Source of the DNA: an uncultured Alphaproteobacteria bacterium
GTDB taxonomy: Bacteria; Pseudomonadota; Alphaproteobacteria; HIMB59; GCA-002718135
Direction of reading: 5' to 3'
NCBI GenBank assembly: GCA_902560725.1
Contig: CACEMR010000001.1
Location: 65,027 to 129,026, forward strand
Length of the DNA stretch: 64,000 bases
A program made the position numbers and the translations under genes. The first letter of the stretch is position 1; the number at the start of each line of letters is the position of its first letter. This document shows positions 1-9,941 of the stretch, one piece after another. A model generated the notes under the pieces. The model worked only from the letters and a program-made list of their open reading frames with translations, was not told where the DNA came from and did no database searches.

Positions 1-1
1 T

Positions 2-487
2 GTTAAAATGGCTCTTCATCCAGATGATCCCCCAATACCATTATTTGGTGTGCCAAGAATTGTTTCAAATCTTGAAGATTATAATTATATATTAAATGCA
101 TATAATTCTAATGCTAATGGAATTACTTATTGTGCAGGTTCTCTTGCTTCAAATATAGACAATGATGTTTATAAAATATTTCAAAAATTTAAAAATAAGA
201 TTAATTTTATACATTTAAGAAATGTTAAAATAGAAAAAGATAAAAAAAGTTTTTATGAATCAAACCATCTATCAGGAGATGTTGATTTTGTTAAAATTAT
301 AAAGATGATAAAAAAAGAAGAAAAAAGAAGAAGTATTAATAAAAAAATAAATATTCCAATGAGGCCAGATCATGGACATAGTTTATTAGATGATCAAACA
401 AAAAAATCAATAAATCCAGGTTATACTGCAATAGGAAGAATGATGGGTTTATCTGAGTTAAGAGGCATAATTAAATCGATTAATTAG
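2..487 (+). CDS. uxuA: mannonate dehydratase, C-terminal ~160 aa (5' end outside window)
   Basis: The frame is open to the window edge. HPDDPP, GVPRIV, FIHLRNV, MRPDHGH and PGYTAIGR segments match the UxuA C-terminal half as I remember it. Confidence 0.8.
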   Translation, partial: VKMALHPDDPPIPLFGVPRIVSNLEDYNYILNAYNSNANGITYCAGSLASNIDNDVYKIFQKFKNKINFIHLRNVKIEKDKKSFYESNHLSGDVDFVKIIKMIKKEEKRRSINKKINIPMRPDHGHSLLDDQTKKSINPGYTAIGRMMGLSELRGIIKSIN

Positions 488-550
488 AAAATATTTCCTT
501 TTTCTAAATTTGTATATTTTTTTATAACATTTATAAAGAGACATTTGTAA

Positions 551-1657
551 ATGAATAATAGAAAAATCAGATTTGGAGTAGTTGGAATTGGCGGTATGGG
601 TGCCAGTCATGCATTGAAATTATTTAAAAATGAAATACAAAATGCTACTTTAACAGCTGTATGTGATGCAGATAATTCACATAAAAATAAATTTAAAGGT
701 ATTCCTTTTTTTGAAAATGTTGAAAATTTTTTAAAAGAAGATTTATTAGATGCTGTAATTATTGCAACTCCTCATAGATCACATATTGAGCTTGCAAAAT
801 TAGCACTTCAAAATAATATTAGTGTAATAGTTGAAAAACCATTAGCTATAACTAAAAAACAATGTCGAGAATTTATTAAGCTATCTGAAAATTATAGCTC
901 TCAATTTACTGTAATGCTCAATCAACGAACAAACCCCGTATATATTAAAATTAAAGAACTCATTAGAAATGGTGAGCTTGGAATAATCCATCGTTATCAA
1001 TGGACAATCACCGATTGGTTTAGGACTAATTATTATTATAAAATCTCTAACTGGAGAGCAAAATGGGAAAGTGAAGGTGGGGGAGTTTTGATTAATCAAA
1101 GTATTCATCAACTTGATTTGTGTCAGTGGTTATTTGGAATGCCTAATAGCATTTATACAGATTTAGGATTAGGTCGTTTTCATGATATTGAAGTAGAAGA
1201 TGATGTTACATCGATTTTAAAGTATTCTGATGGTAAAAAAGGAGTATTTATTACAACAACTGGTGAAGCCCCTGGTGTAAATCGTTTAGAGATTGCCTCG
1301 GAAAAAGGTCTAATTACAATAGAAAAAAATAATGTCAGCTGGCATAAAATAGAATCATCAATAGATTTTATAAATAATTCGAAAACTCTTTTTGAGATGC
1401 CAAAAAAAGAAAAAATTAACTTTAAATTTAAAATTGAAAATGATGAACATGTCGAGCACCAAAGAATTATTCAAAATTTTACAAATTTTTTACTTGGAAA
1501 GGAAAATTTAATCGTAAATGGAAAAGAAGGTTTGGACTCAGTTGAACTTATAAATGCTATGTTACTGTCTGGACTAGAAAAAAAGGAAATAGATTTACCT
1601 TTAGATGAAGTTCAATATGAAAATAAATTAAAAGAACTAATAAATGAGACGAAATGA
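551..1657 (+). CDS. Gfo/Idh/MocA family NAD(P)-dependent oxidoreductase
   Basis: N-terminal Rossmann motif GVVGIGGMGASH, EKP motif (VEKPLA) and a C-terminal GGG..INQSIHQLD dimerisation-domain pattern. Confidence 0.85.
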   Translation: MNNRKIRFGVVGIGGMGASHALKLFKNEIQNATLTAVCDADNSHKNKFKGIPFFENVENFLKEDLLDAVIIATPHRSHIELAKLALQNNISVIVEKPLAITKKQCREFIKLSENYSSQFTVMLNQRTNPVYIKIKELIRNGELGIIHRYQWTITDWFRTNYYYKISNWRAKWESEGGGVLINQSIHQLDLCQWLFGMPNSIYTDLGLGRFHDIEVEDDVTSILKYSDGKKGVFITTTGEAPGVNRLEIASEKGLITIEKNNVSWHKIESSIDFINNSKTLFEMPKKEKINFKFKIENDEHVEHQRIIQNFTNFLLGKENLIVNGKEGLDSVELINAMLLSGLEKKEIDLPLDEVQYENKLKELINETK

Positions 1658-2424
1658 AAATTAATAATATTGCTGTTACCTTATATACTGTTAGAAATTT
1701 TTGCCAAAATGAAAAAGATTTATTTGAAACTCTAAAAAAAATCAAAAGTATTGGATATAGTAGCATTCAAATCAGTGGTGTTGGTTTAATTAATCCTAAA
1801 ACAATAAAAAAAATGTGCGAAGACTTGAGTTTAGTTATATGTGCTACACATGAACCAAATAAACAAATTATAAACAATACCTACGAAGTTATTGATAAGC
1901 TAAATATTTTTAATTGCGAATATTCAGCTCTTCCTTATCCATTAAATTTAGATATGAAAAACTTAAAAAACATTGATAAATTCATAGATGATATAAATAT
2001 TGCGGGCTCAAAGTTTCATGCAGAAGGAAAGGTGTTATGTTATCATAATCATGCTCTTGAATTTCAAAAAATTCAAAATGAAATAATTTTAGATAGAATT
2101 TATAAAAATACAGATAGTAAATTCATACAAGGAGAGCCAGATATTTATTGGATACAAAAAGGTGGTCAAGACCCATTAATGTGGTGCAAAAAATTAGAAC
2201 AAAGAATGCCATTATTACATTTAAAAGATTTTATAATGATCAATGATCAAGAAAGTTTTTTTGCAGAAGTTGGTTCAGGTAATTTAGATATCAAAAATAT
2301 TGTTAAAACAGCAACTGATTCTGGATGTAAATGGTTTATTGTTGAGCAGGATGAATGTAGTGGTAACCCTTTTGATTCACTAGAGATTAGCTATAATAAT
2401 TTAAAAAAATACGCAGTTACTTAA
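1654..2424 (+). CDS. sugar phosphate isomerase/epimerase (xylose-isomerase-like TIM barrel)
   Basis: 256 aa with an HNHALEF / GEPDIYW / FIVEQD metal-ligand-like pattern typical of AP-endonuclease-2/IolE/IolI-type TIM barrels. ATGA overlap with the upstream oxidoreductase. Confidence 0.65.
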   Translation: MKINNIAVTLYTVRNFCQNEKDLFETLKKIKSIGYSSIQISGVGLINPKTIKKMCEDLSLVICATHEPNKQIINNTYEVIDKLNIFNCEYSALPYPLNLDMKNLKNIDKFIDDINIAGSKFHAEGKVLCYHNHALEFQKIQNEIILDRIYKNTDSKFIQGEPDIYWIQKGGQDPLMWCKKLEQRMPLLHLKDFIMINDQESFFAEVGSGNLDIKNIVKTATDSGCKWFIVEQDECSGNPFDSLEISYNNLKKYAVT

Positions 2425-3628
2425 CAAAAAAAATTTTTGCGTTTTGATTTAATAAATTGTTAATATCTCTTTCTATTATAAATTGTGACAGCTCAAAATT
2501 TTTCTTTGAAAGATCTTCATAATATTCATATAGAATCTCATGTAAAATATTTTTGAAATGAGACCATTTATATATAAGCTGATCATTAACTCTTGCATCG
2601 GAATGTTGAGGTATAAATGACAGACCTAGCATATCAATCCTCATTTTTAGAACAATTTTTATAATACTTGGCTGATTCATAAACCACCAAAAACCAAAGA
2701 TTTTTAAATTAGGATGTTTACGAGCCAAAACAGTTAATTCGTACTGATCATTTAAAGATAAACAAGTTACAAGAAATTTGTTTTCTGGAAAAGAGTTGCA
2801 TAATCTACTTAGTTCTTTAAGATTAATATCACCAATCCCATCACCGGCTAAACCAAAACTGCTATTTACAGCTCTTTTAACACCTAGCATTAAAGACAAT
2901 GGGATATTTTTTTCATTTAACCAAGACAAAATTAATTTCCAAAGAGGATCATTTAAAATTTCTTTAAAATTATCTGAATTTGCTGATATAGCTGCGTATA
3001 CTGGATTTGATATTAAAAAACAGCTATCTAAATAATTAATTATCACATCATTTTCTTTTTGATTTATATTAGTTTGATTTTTTGCAACATCAATTGCTTG
3101 AGCTTTATTACTTATTAAATCATCAAGTCGTAATGATGATTGAAATATATTTCTATCCCAGTTATTATTTTTAAATAAATTCCATTCATCAATATCAAAT
3201 GGATTATTAGTCATAACTAAGGAAGAAACATTAGATAATTTTAAAATTTTTTCATCTGTTAGATATTTATTTTCATATTCATTGTTTAGCTCTTCAAAAT
3301 TTTTATTATTGTAATTAATATCTAATTTTTGAAGAACAGTTAATACACCCTTACAAGCCTCAGATATTGGAGTTCTATTTTGAAATAGCTCTTCCCAAAT
3401 AAGTTTTGCTTTATTTTTTTTATCAAGAGAATAAAATTTTTCTGCACTTATATTTACATTGGTTAATAGTTCTGCAATTAAATAATGATAGTTTAATAAA
3501 TTAATCAAACCAGAAAGAGAGTGGCTTTTAAATACTGATGGAAATAAATGCGTATGAATATCAAATATTTTTGTATTATTAATAACTTTGTCTAGAGTGT
3601 GAGATAGTTCCTGATTAGACATGTTCAT
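2417..3628 (-). CDS. uronate (glucuronate) isomerase family protein, short form
   Basis: IFDIHTHLFP near the N-terminus (UxaC has FDYHCHLPP), VMTNNPFD (UxaC TTDDPID) and FGFWWFMNQ...SDAR (UxaC GSGWWFNDQ...TDSR). 403 aa versus about 470 aa for E. coli UxaC. Confidence 0.65.
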   Translation of the reverse strand: MNMSNQELSHTLDKVINNTKIFDIHTHLFPSVFKSHSLSGLINLLNYHYLIAELLTNVNISAEKFYSLDKKNKAKLIWEELFQNRTPISEACKGVLTVLQKLDINYNNKNFEELNNEYENKYLTDEKILKLSNVSSLVMTNNPFDIDEWNLFKNNNWDRNIFQSSLRLDDLISNKAQAIDVAKNQTNINQKENDVIINYLDSCFLISNPVYAAISANSDNFKEILNDPLWKLILSWLNEKNIPLSLMLGVKRAVNSSFGLAGDGIGDINLKELSRLCNSFPENKFLVTCLSLNDQYELTVLARKHPNLKIFGFWWFMNQPSIIKIVLKMRIDMLGLSFIPQHSDARVNDQLIYKWSHFKNILHEILYEYYEDLSKKNFELSQFIIERDINNLLNQNAKIFFVK

Positions 3629-4647
3629 TACTTAATATTGCCCAGCCTAATTGCTTTTTTTTGGGCTTTTATTGCCAATTCCATAACTTTTAAACAATGA
3701 GATTGATCCATTGCTGTGCTAGTTCTATCTACAACATCACTCATTAATCTCTGAAAATATGTAAGAGGCTCTTTAGAAGCATTTTTGTATTCATATTTTT
3801 TGTTATTAACTAAAAACAGATGATCTGTACCCTCTCTACCAACAATATCTACATACTTCCTTAATTCTATGTATCCTTTTGTGCCTAAAATGGTCAATCT
3901 TCCATCACCCCAATTAGGCAAGGCATCAGGTGTATACCAGTCTACCCTAATATAACCTCTCCCCTTATCCCCATGAATTAAAATTTCACCAAAATCTTCA
4001 AACTTATTATGTTTGGGATTTGAAAAATTTCCTGTTGATGAATTTATAATTTCTACATTTTTAGATCCAGTAAAAAATAAAAATTGATCTATTTGGTGTG
4101 ATGCAATATCACATAATATACCACCGTATTGATTATAATCAAAAAACCAATCAGGTCGAGTTTGAATGTTCAATCTATGAGGCCCCATTCCAATTGTTTG
4201 AATAACATCTCCAATTTCGCCCGCTTGAATCAAATCATAGGCTACTTGGACCGAGGGTACTTCAAATCTTTCAGAAAAATCAATTGAAAAAATTTTTCCT
4301 GTTTTTTTTATAGTATTTTCAATTTCTTTAAGTTGTTCTAAACTTGTACAACCAGGCTTATCTAACATTACATCTTTTCCAGCATTCATACATTCAATAG
4401 CTAAAGCTGATCTTTTAACAGGGATGTCTGCTATCAATACTAATTCAATTTCTTTATTTTTTAATAAATCATCTTTATTTTTAAAGCGGGGTATATCAGG
4501 ATGTTTTTTAATAAAATCTTCTGTAATATTGTTATCAGTTTCATTCCACCAACCAACACATTCACATCCCAAATTTAACATACCATTTAATTGTCCAAAA
4601 ATGTGCCTATGCTCAACACCCATTGCAGCTACTTTAATTTTTCTCAT
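3628..4647 (-). CDS. Gfo/Idh/MocA-like oxidoreductase (atypical N-terminal nucleotide motif)
   Basis: MLDKPG (EKP-like) and GGILCDIASHQIDQF C-terminal domain pattern. The N-terminus reads VAAMGVEHRH instead of the canonical GxGxxG. Confidence 0.7.
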   Translation of the reverse strand: MRKIKVAAMGVEHRHIFGQLNGMLNLGCECVGWWNETDNNITEDFIKKHPDIPRFKNKDDLLKNKEIELVLIADIPVKRSALAIECMNAGKDVMLDKPGCTSLEQLKEIENTIKKTGKIFSIDFSERFEVPSVQVAYDLIQAGEIGDVIQTIGMGPHRLNIQTRPDWFFDYNQYGGILCDIASHQIDQFLFFTGSKNVEIINSSTGNFSNPKHNKFEDFGEILIHGDKGRGYIRVDWYTPDALPNWGDGRLTILGTKGYIELRKYVDIVGREGTDHLFLVNNKKYEYKNASKEPLTYFQRLMSDVVDRTSTAMDQSHCLKVMELAIKAQKKAIRLGNIK

Positions 4648-4658
4648 AATTAAATATT

Positions 4659-5687
4659 TTACTCCATTATAATTAATTTATTTTTTTTAGATGATTCTAT
4701 CATTGCATCAATTAGATAATGAACTTTCAATGCTTCTTTTCCGGTAATTTCAAATCTTTCATTAGTACTAATTGATTTTGCAAAATTAATTATGAGATCT
4801 TTATGCCAATCAAATGGGAAGGCCATAGGATCAGCGCTACCACCTGTTCCAGATTCTTCTCCAAACTCTTCTTTTTTACCATTCCTCCAATTAATTATTA
4901 GTGTTCCTGCTTCAAGTTTAACTGTTGCATTTTCACAATGAAGAACAATTGACTCTGATGAGCCTGGAAAAACACTCGTAGTAGCAAATAAAGATGCAAT
5001 TACACCATTTATAAATTTAATACCTCCAGTAACAAAATTTTCTGACTCCATTTTATGAAACTTTGTAGTTTCTGCCATTACCATCACCTCCTTAACATCT
5101 CCTAAAAGACTAATAGCAAGATCCAGTGTGTGAATAGCTTGACTTATAAGAACTCCTCCACCATCTCTTTCATAGGTTCCTCTTCCCGGATCGTCATAAT
5201 AGGATTGTTCTCTCCACCAAGGAACATTGATTTGAGCTGAAAAAATTTGACCAAATTTATTATCACTAATTAATGATTTTAATTTAATTGAGGATTTTCT
5301 AAATCTATGTTGAAAAACTATACCAAGGTTAACTTTATTATTTTCACAAATTGAAACTATGTTTTTTGCATTTTCTAAAGTGCGTTCAATTGGTTTTTCC
5401 ATCAAGATATGTTTTCCATATTTGCTAAATTGTTCGACCAGTTCTAAACGTTGATTTGGAGGAGTAATGATATCAACCATTTCAATTTCAGGATTGTTAT
5501 AAATACTGTCAATATCTTGAAATGTATTAAAATTATAATTTTTAGAAAAATTTTCCTTTCTTTCTTTATTTCGGGAAAAAACTCCTACTACATTAATATC
5601 ATCTTTCAATTCATTCAAAGCCAAGGCATGAGGCTTTGCGGCCATACCAGTGCCAATAATGGCAAGACCAATTTTTTTTGAACCCAT
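4659..5687 (-). CDS. Gfo/Idh/MocA family oxidoreductase
   Basis: IGLAIIGTGMAAKPH Rossmann motif, MEKPIE and GGGVLISQAIHTLD. Confidence 0.85.
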   Translation of the reverse strand: MGSKKIGLAIIGTGMAAKPHALALNELKDDINVVGVFSRNKERKENFSKNYNFNTFQDIDSIYNNPEIEMVDIITPPNQRLELVEQFSKYGKHILMEKPIERTLENAKNIVSICENNKVNLGIVFQHRFRKSSIKLKSLISDNKFGQIFSAQINVPWWREQSYYDDPGRGTYERDGGGVLISQAIHTLDLAISLLGDVKEVMVMAETTKFHKMESENFVTGGIKFINGVIASLFATTSVFPGSSESIVLHCENATVKLEAGTLIINWRNGKKEEFGEESGTGGSADPMAFPFDWHKDLIINFAKSISTNERFEITGKEALKVHYLIDAMIESSKKNKLIIME

Positions 5688-6769
5688 TAATTATTTTTTT
5701 TTGATACAGACATCCCATTCTCTTCAAAAAGATGCACTGAATCTCTTTTAAAACGGAGATATAATTCTTCTCCCTTATTAATTTTATACTGTCCTGTATG
5801 ATGAACGATTAATTGTTTTATACCTTCCCCCTGACAATAAAAATAAGTTTCACTCCCTAGTTGTTCAGTAAAATCAACATTTACTTTTAAATCTGAGTCT
5901 TGGTGTTCACAAACTTCTATATGTTCAGGTCTTATTCCAAAAGAATAAGGTGAATTATTTTTTAAATTTTTGTGATTTGTTTGCAAATTCAATGCATCTG
6001 AAACTAAATTAAATGAACCAGCATTATCAATTGCATTAACTTTTATAAAATTCATTTTTGGAGACCCAATAAAACCAGCTACAAAAATATCACTGGGATT
6101 ATTATATAAATCAAGTGGCGCTCCAGCTTGTGCAACATAACCATTATTTAAAACTACAATTTGATCAGCCAATGTCATTGCCTCAACTTGATCATGCGTA
6201 ACATAAATCATTGTACCGCCTATCTTTTCATGAAGTGCTGATAATTCTTTTCTCATTGTTACTCTCAATTCAGCATCAAGATTAGATAATGGTTCATCAA
6301 ACAAGAAGGCTTTTGGATCTCTAACTATTGCTCTACCAATTGCTACCCTTTGTCGTTGACCACCAGAAAGTGCTTTTGGTTTTCTTTGAAGATACTCTTC
6401 AATTTGTAAGAGTTTAGCTGCGCTATTTACTTTTTCTTCTATTGTTTTTTTATCAATTTTTAGATTTTCTAGAGCAAAGGCCATGTTTTTAAAAACAGAC
6501 ATATGTGGATACAAAGCATACGATTGAAAAACCATAGCTAAACCTCTTTCTGAAGCAGGTATATTACTTACTTCATTGCCATCAATTAAAATTTCTCCAG
6601 AGGTAATTCTTTCTAATCCAGCTATTATCCTTAATAATGTTGACTTACCACAGCCAGAAGGGCCTACTAAAACTAGAAATTTACCACTTTCAACTTTTAA
6701 ATCAACTCCATGGATCACTTCTGTTTGATCATAGCTTTTAAAAATATCTTTTAGAATAATTTCAGTCAT
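5687..6769 (-). CDS. sugar ABC transporter ATP-binding protein (MalK/UgpC type)
   Basis: Walker A GPSGCGKST, signature LSGGQRQR, Walker B FLFDEPLSNLD and a C-terminal TOBE-like regulatory domain. Confidence 0.9.
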   Translation of the reverse strand: MTEIILKDIFKSYDQTEVIHGVDLKVESGKFLVLVGPSGCGKSTLLRIIAGLERITSGEILIDGNEVSNIPASERGLAMVFQSYALYPHMSVFKNMAFALENLKIDKKTIEEKVNSAAKLLQIEEYLQRKPKALSGGQRQRVAIGRAIVRDPKAFLFDEPLSNLDAELRVTMRKELSALHEKIGGTMIYVTHDQVEAMTLADQIVVLNNGYVAQAGAPLDLYNNPSDIFVAGFIGSPKMNFIKVNAIDNAGSFNLVSDALNLQTNHKNLKNNSPYSFGIRPEHIEVCEHQDSDLKVNVDFTEQLGSETYFYCQGEGIKQLIVHHTGQYKINKGEELYLRFKRDSVHLFEENGMSVSKKNN

Positions 6770-7779
6770 CTATCTCTTCTCATTATTGCTTTATCAGGGT
6801 CGGCATGTTGTAAATATGAGGGTGGCACTCCATTTAGAATTTTTTTTATATCATTCATCATCATATCTCTTATATTTTTATACGAATAATCTAAAGCACC
6901 TGCAACATGTGAAGTAAATAAAACATTAGATTTTTTTCTAAAAATTGAATCTTTTGGGACAGGCTCAACTGGATATACATCTATAGCGGCTCTAAAATAT
7001 TCATTTTCAGCAAGTTCAACAAATGCTTCAAAATCAACTACCTCTGCTCTACTAACTAGAATTACTGAACTATTTTTTTTAATTAATTTTAATTTATCTT
7101 TGCTAATAAAACCTTCATTTTCAGTAGTTACTCCCGCAAGTATAAATATAAAATTATTTTTTGATAATAAATCATCAATCGAAACAGGATTTACACCCTG
7201 ACTTTTTAAATATTCATTTGATAACCAGGGATCAAATACTGAAATTTTACAATTAAATGGTTTTAATAAAGGAAGTAAACTTTTTGCTAAATTTCCAAAG
7301 CCAATAAATCCTACATTAGAGTCAAAAAGTGTGTAAGCAAATTTATTTTCTTTAATTCCATATTGCTCTTCAGAATTTATAAATTTTTTATAAACTCCTA
7401 AAACATTTCTAGATAGTGAAATTGCGTAACCAACACAAGCTTCTGCAACAGCAGGAGCCATTGCAGGTGCGGCCGATAAAACATAAATACCTCTTCTATG
7501 TGCTTCATGATAATCAATATTAGGTTCCCAATTTGCTTTGACATTTATAATGGCTTTTATTTTTTTTGATCTATCTAAACGTTCTTTTGGCATGGCAGTC
7601 TGACCAACCAATATTGCAATTTCTTCAATATTTTTTTCTACAAGTTCATCAGGAGCTCGACTGCCAAAGTGATAAACTAATTTTGATATTTTTTTTAATT
7701 CAGACTTAACATCATCAGTAAAAACCATTTCTTCATTTCTTGGATAAGGATCAAAAAATATTAAAGGTTTATCTTGCAT
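6766..7779 (-). CDS. D-isomer-specific 2-hydroxyacid dehydrogenase
   Basis: GFIGFGNLAKS NAD motif, SRAEVVD and TSHVAG catalytic-region motifs. I moved the start to the internal ATG at 7779 (MQDKPL...), which forms a TAATG junction with the upstream permease stop. The 37-aa extension in the ORF track lies inside the permease gene. Confidence 0.8.
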   Translation of the reverse strand: MQDKPLIFFDPYPRNEEMVFTDDVKSELKKISKLVYHFGSRAPDELVEKNIEEIAILVGQTAMPKERLDRSKKIKAIINVKANWEPNIDYHEAHRRGIYVLSAAPAMAPAVAEACVGYAISLSRNVLGVYKKFINSEEQYGIKENKFAYTLFDSNVGFIGFGNLAKSLLPLLKPFNCKISVFDPWLSNEYLKSQGVNPVSIDDLLSKNNFIFILAGVTTENEGFISKDKLKLIKKNSSVILVSRAEVVDFEAFVELAENEYFRAAIDVYPVEPVPKDSIFRKKSNVLFTSHVAGALDYSYKNIRDMMMNDIKKILNGVPPSYLQHADPDKAIMRRDR

Positions 7780-8843
7780 TACTTCATACCTGTACTTGCT
7801 ATTCCAGTAGTTATAAATTTTTGAAGATATGTAAATATAATTGCTATAGGTAATAAAGTTACCATAGTCATTGATAGTACATAGTTCCACTGACTGGTTA
7901 ACTCTCCATGAAATGCATTGAGTCCAATTTGTAATGTATATACTTCACTTTTTGATAAAACTATTAAAGGCCATAAGAAATCGTTCCATCTCCACATTAT
8001 TGAAAAAATTGCTAAAACTGCAATAGCCGGTATAGATAATGGTAACACAACTCTCCAATAAATTGCCCACTCGCTAGCATGGTCCATTCTTGCTGCCTCA
8101 ATAAGCTCTCGAGGTAATGTAAGCATATATTGACGAAGTAAAAAAACTCCTGTTGGTGTTGCTGCACCTGGCAGAATTACACCCCATAATGAATTAATCA
8201 TTCCAAAGTTAGCAACAACATAAAATACTGGAACTAGGATTATGGTTAAAGGAATTAGCAACGTGCCTATTACAAAAACAAGTGCAAAGTTTTTTCCTCT
8301 AAACTCATAAATAGATAGTGCGTAAGCTGCCATTGAATTTATTATTAACGTTATTATTGTTGCAACAACTGTAATAAAAGTTGAGTTTTTAAAATAAAGT
8401 AAAAAATCATACTTCCTTAAAGGGTCGACGTAATTCTCCCATTGTATCTTAAACTCTCTTACCTTTTCTCTTTTATCTATAGGAACCTTGATAGTTTCTT
8501 CTGGATTTAAAGGATCAACCATTTTGGCATTAATTCCAATTCTTTTAATTTGTGCAAGCTGCTTAACTGACCCATCCTCTTGAGTAACATTAAAAATTGG
8601 TAACGGCTTGTCGTATCCTTCAACATCAACTTGAATTTGTGAAAGTGGTAGAATTGTTGGAGGATATTCTTGTATCCCTGCTAATGTTTTGAGTGAAGAT
8701 AAACCCAACCAAACAACAGGACCAAACATTAAAAGAACGCCTAAAAATAAATAAAAATAAGAAAAATAATCTGTCCAATGATATTTATTTTTATATCTTT
8801 TTTTTGTAGCAATTTTTATGATTCTTGAAGCTGTATCAGACAT
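7779..8843 (-). CDS. carbohydrate ABC transporter permease (MalG-like) with a large periplasmic loop
   Basis: Multiple TM segments and the EAA loop EAARMDHASEWAIYWRVVLP. Confidence 0.85.
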   Translation of the reverse strand: MSDTASRIIKIATKKRYKNKYHWTDYFSYFYLFLGVLLMFGPVVWLGLSSLKTLAGIQEYPPTILPLSQIQVDVEGYDKPLPIFNVTQEDGSVKQLAQIKRIGINAKMVDPLNPEETIKVPIDKREKVREFKIQWENYVDPLRKYDFLLYFKNSTFITVVATIITLIINSMAAYALSIYEFRGKNFALVFVIGTLLIPLTIILVPVFYVVANFGMINSLWGVILPGAATPTGVFLLRQYMLTLPRELIEAARMDHASEWAIYWRVVLPLSIPAIAVLAIFSIMWRWNDFLWPLIVLSKSEVYTLQIGLNAFHGELTSQWNYVLSMTMVTLLPIAIIFTYLQKFITTGIASTGMK

Positions 8844-8844
8844 A

Positions 8845-9876
8845 TTAAATTTCTTGATGTTTACTTTCTTTATTTCTACTAAAATATAGTTGCATAAGTG
8901 TTAAAAATAAAAGTACCACACCAAGAACCATTGAGGCTGCAGCTGCAAGTCCAAAATTTTGAACAGATCCTGATGAAGCAAATCCTGTCGTAAATATATA
9001 TTGAACAATTAATGATGTAGATGTTCCAGGTCCTCCACCAGTTAAAACATATATTTCATCGAATGTTTGAACGCCTTTTATTGAAGCAAGAATAAATACA
9101 ACTAATAAATTTGGCATTAAAAGAGGAATAGTTATTCTAAAAAAAATTCTCTCTCTACTAGTTCCATCCATTTCAGCAGCTTCGTATAGATTTGGAGGTA
9201 TTGCCTGAAGACCTGCCAAAACAATCAATGTATAAAAGCCCATATGTGCCCAAATTGATACAAAGATTACTGATGCCATAGCCCAAGAAGGGTCAGTTAA
9301 AAATGATACTTTGTCTCCACCATAAGACTCTATTATAGCATTGAAAGCTCCATTTTTTAAAAGTATCCACTGCCAAATCAAACCAACAACAACAGGTGAT
9401 AATAAAACAGGGAAAAAAAATACCGATCTAAAAAAACCTCTACCAATAATTTTCTTATTTAAGATTACGGCAGTTAAGACCGAAAAGAAAATCATTAAGC
9501 CAACTTGAAAAACAACAAAAAATATAGTGTTATAAACCCCTCTCCAAAAAAAATCTTCTGTACATGTGTTTGGATTTAAGTAGCTCTCACAATCAAATAA
9601 CTGATCATATTGTTTTGTTGTAGGAAGTTCTCTCTCAGCAAATAATAGTTCATCACCTGATGAAAGTGAAAAGAAAAAATTTGCACCAAGTGGGATTATT
9701 ACAAATAATCCAAAAAAAATTAAATTTGGAAGCAAAAAAATATACGGCATATTTCTTACACCAATAATTTTTTGAATTGGCCACATAATTAAATCAATGG
9801 CATGCATTAAAAATGCAAAAGGAATATTTAAAATTCTAAGGAAAAAAATTTTTATTTGATTTCTAATATTTTCCAT
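8845..9876 (-). CDS. carbohydrate ABC transporter permease (MalF-like)
   Basis: TM-rich, with the EAA loop EAAEMDGTSRERIFFRITIPLL. Confidence 0.85.
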   Translation of the reverse strand: MENIRNQIKIFFLRILNIPFAFLMHAIDLIMWPIQKIIGVRNMPYIFLLPNLIFFGLFVIIPLGANFFFSLSSGDELLFAERELPTTKQYDQLFDCESYLNPNTCTEDFFWRGVYNTIFFVVFQVGLMIFFSVLTAVILNKKIIGRGFFRSVFFFPVLLSPVVVGLIWQWILLKNGAFNAIIESYGGDKVSFLTDPSWAMASVIFVSIWAHMGFYTLIVLAGLQAIPPNLYEAAEMDGTSRERIFFRITIPLLMPNLLVVFILASIKGVQTFDEIYVLTGGGPGTSTSLIVQYIFTTGFASSGSVQNFGLAAAASMVLGVVLLFLTLMQLYFSRNKESKHQEI

Positions 9877-9887
9877 TAAAGCACTTT

Positions 9888-9916
9888 GAAAAAAAGCTGC
9901 TCAAAACGAGCAGCTT
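9888..9916 (-). terminator. intrinsic terminator / intra-operon attenuator after the binding-protein gene
   Basis: Read on the minus strand: AAGCTGCTC-GTTTT-GAGCAGCTT (9-bp stem) followed by a T-run. It sits between the SBP stop (9942) and the permease start (9876). Confidence 0.6.
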
Positions 9917-9941
9917 AATTTTTTAATTATTTTGGATATGA

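Noticed and set aside
881-1111. Many 60-175-aa antisense shadow ORFs in the track, for example 881-1111, 1557-1766, 2778-3035, 4424-4672, 5451-5681, 11056-11319, 11403-11588, 12911-13120, 13358-13603, 18360-18548, 22468-22722, 29305-29493, 31846-32370, 32109-32315, 32822-33025, 34380-34715, 34519-34719, 38385-38597, 39466-39690, 43350-43826, 46849-47037, 48066-48496, 48899-49096, 49297-49518, 49983-50270, 53450-53641, 56855-57052, 60121-60312 and 61272-61487.
   Set aside because: Each lies inside or opposite a longer ORF with clear family motifs. The products are low-complexity (I/F/L/S/K-rich) and motif-free, as expected for random frames in AT-rich DNA.
7780-7890. 37-aa N-terminal extension of the 2-hydroxyacid dehydrogenase ORF (the track start at 7890).
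   Set aside because: The extension lies entirely within the upstream permease gene. The internal ATG at 7779 gives a TAATG junction and a normal N-terminus for the family.
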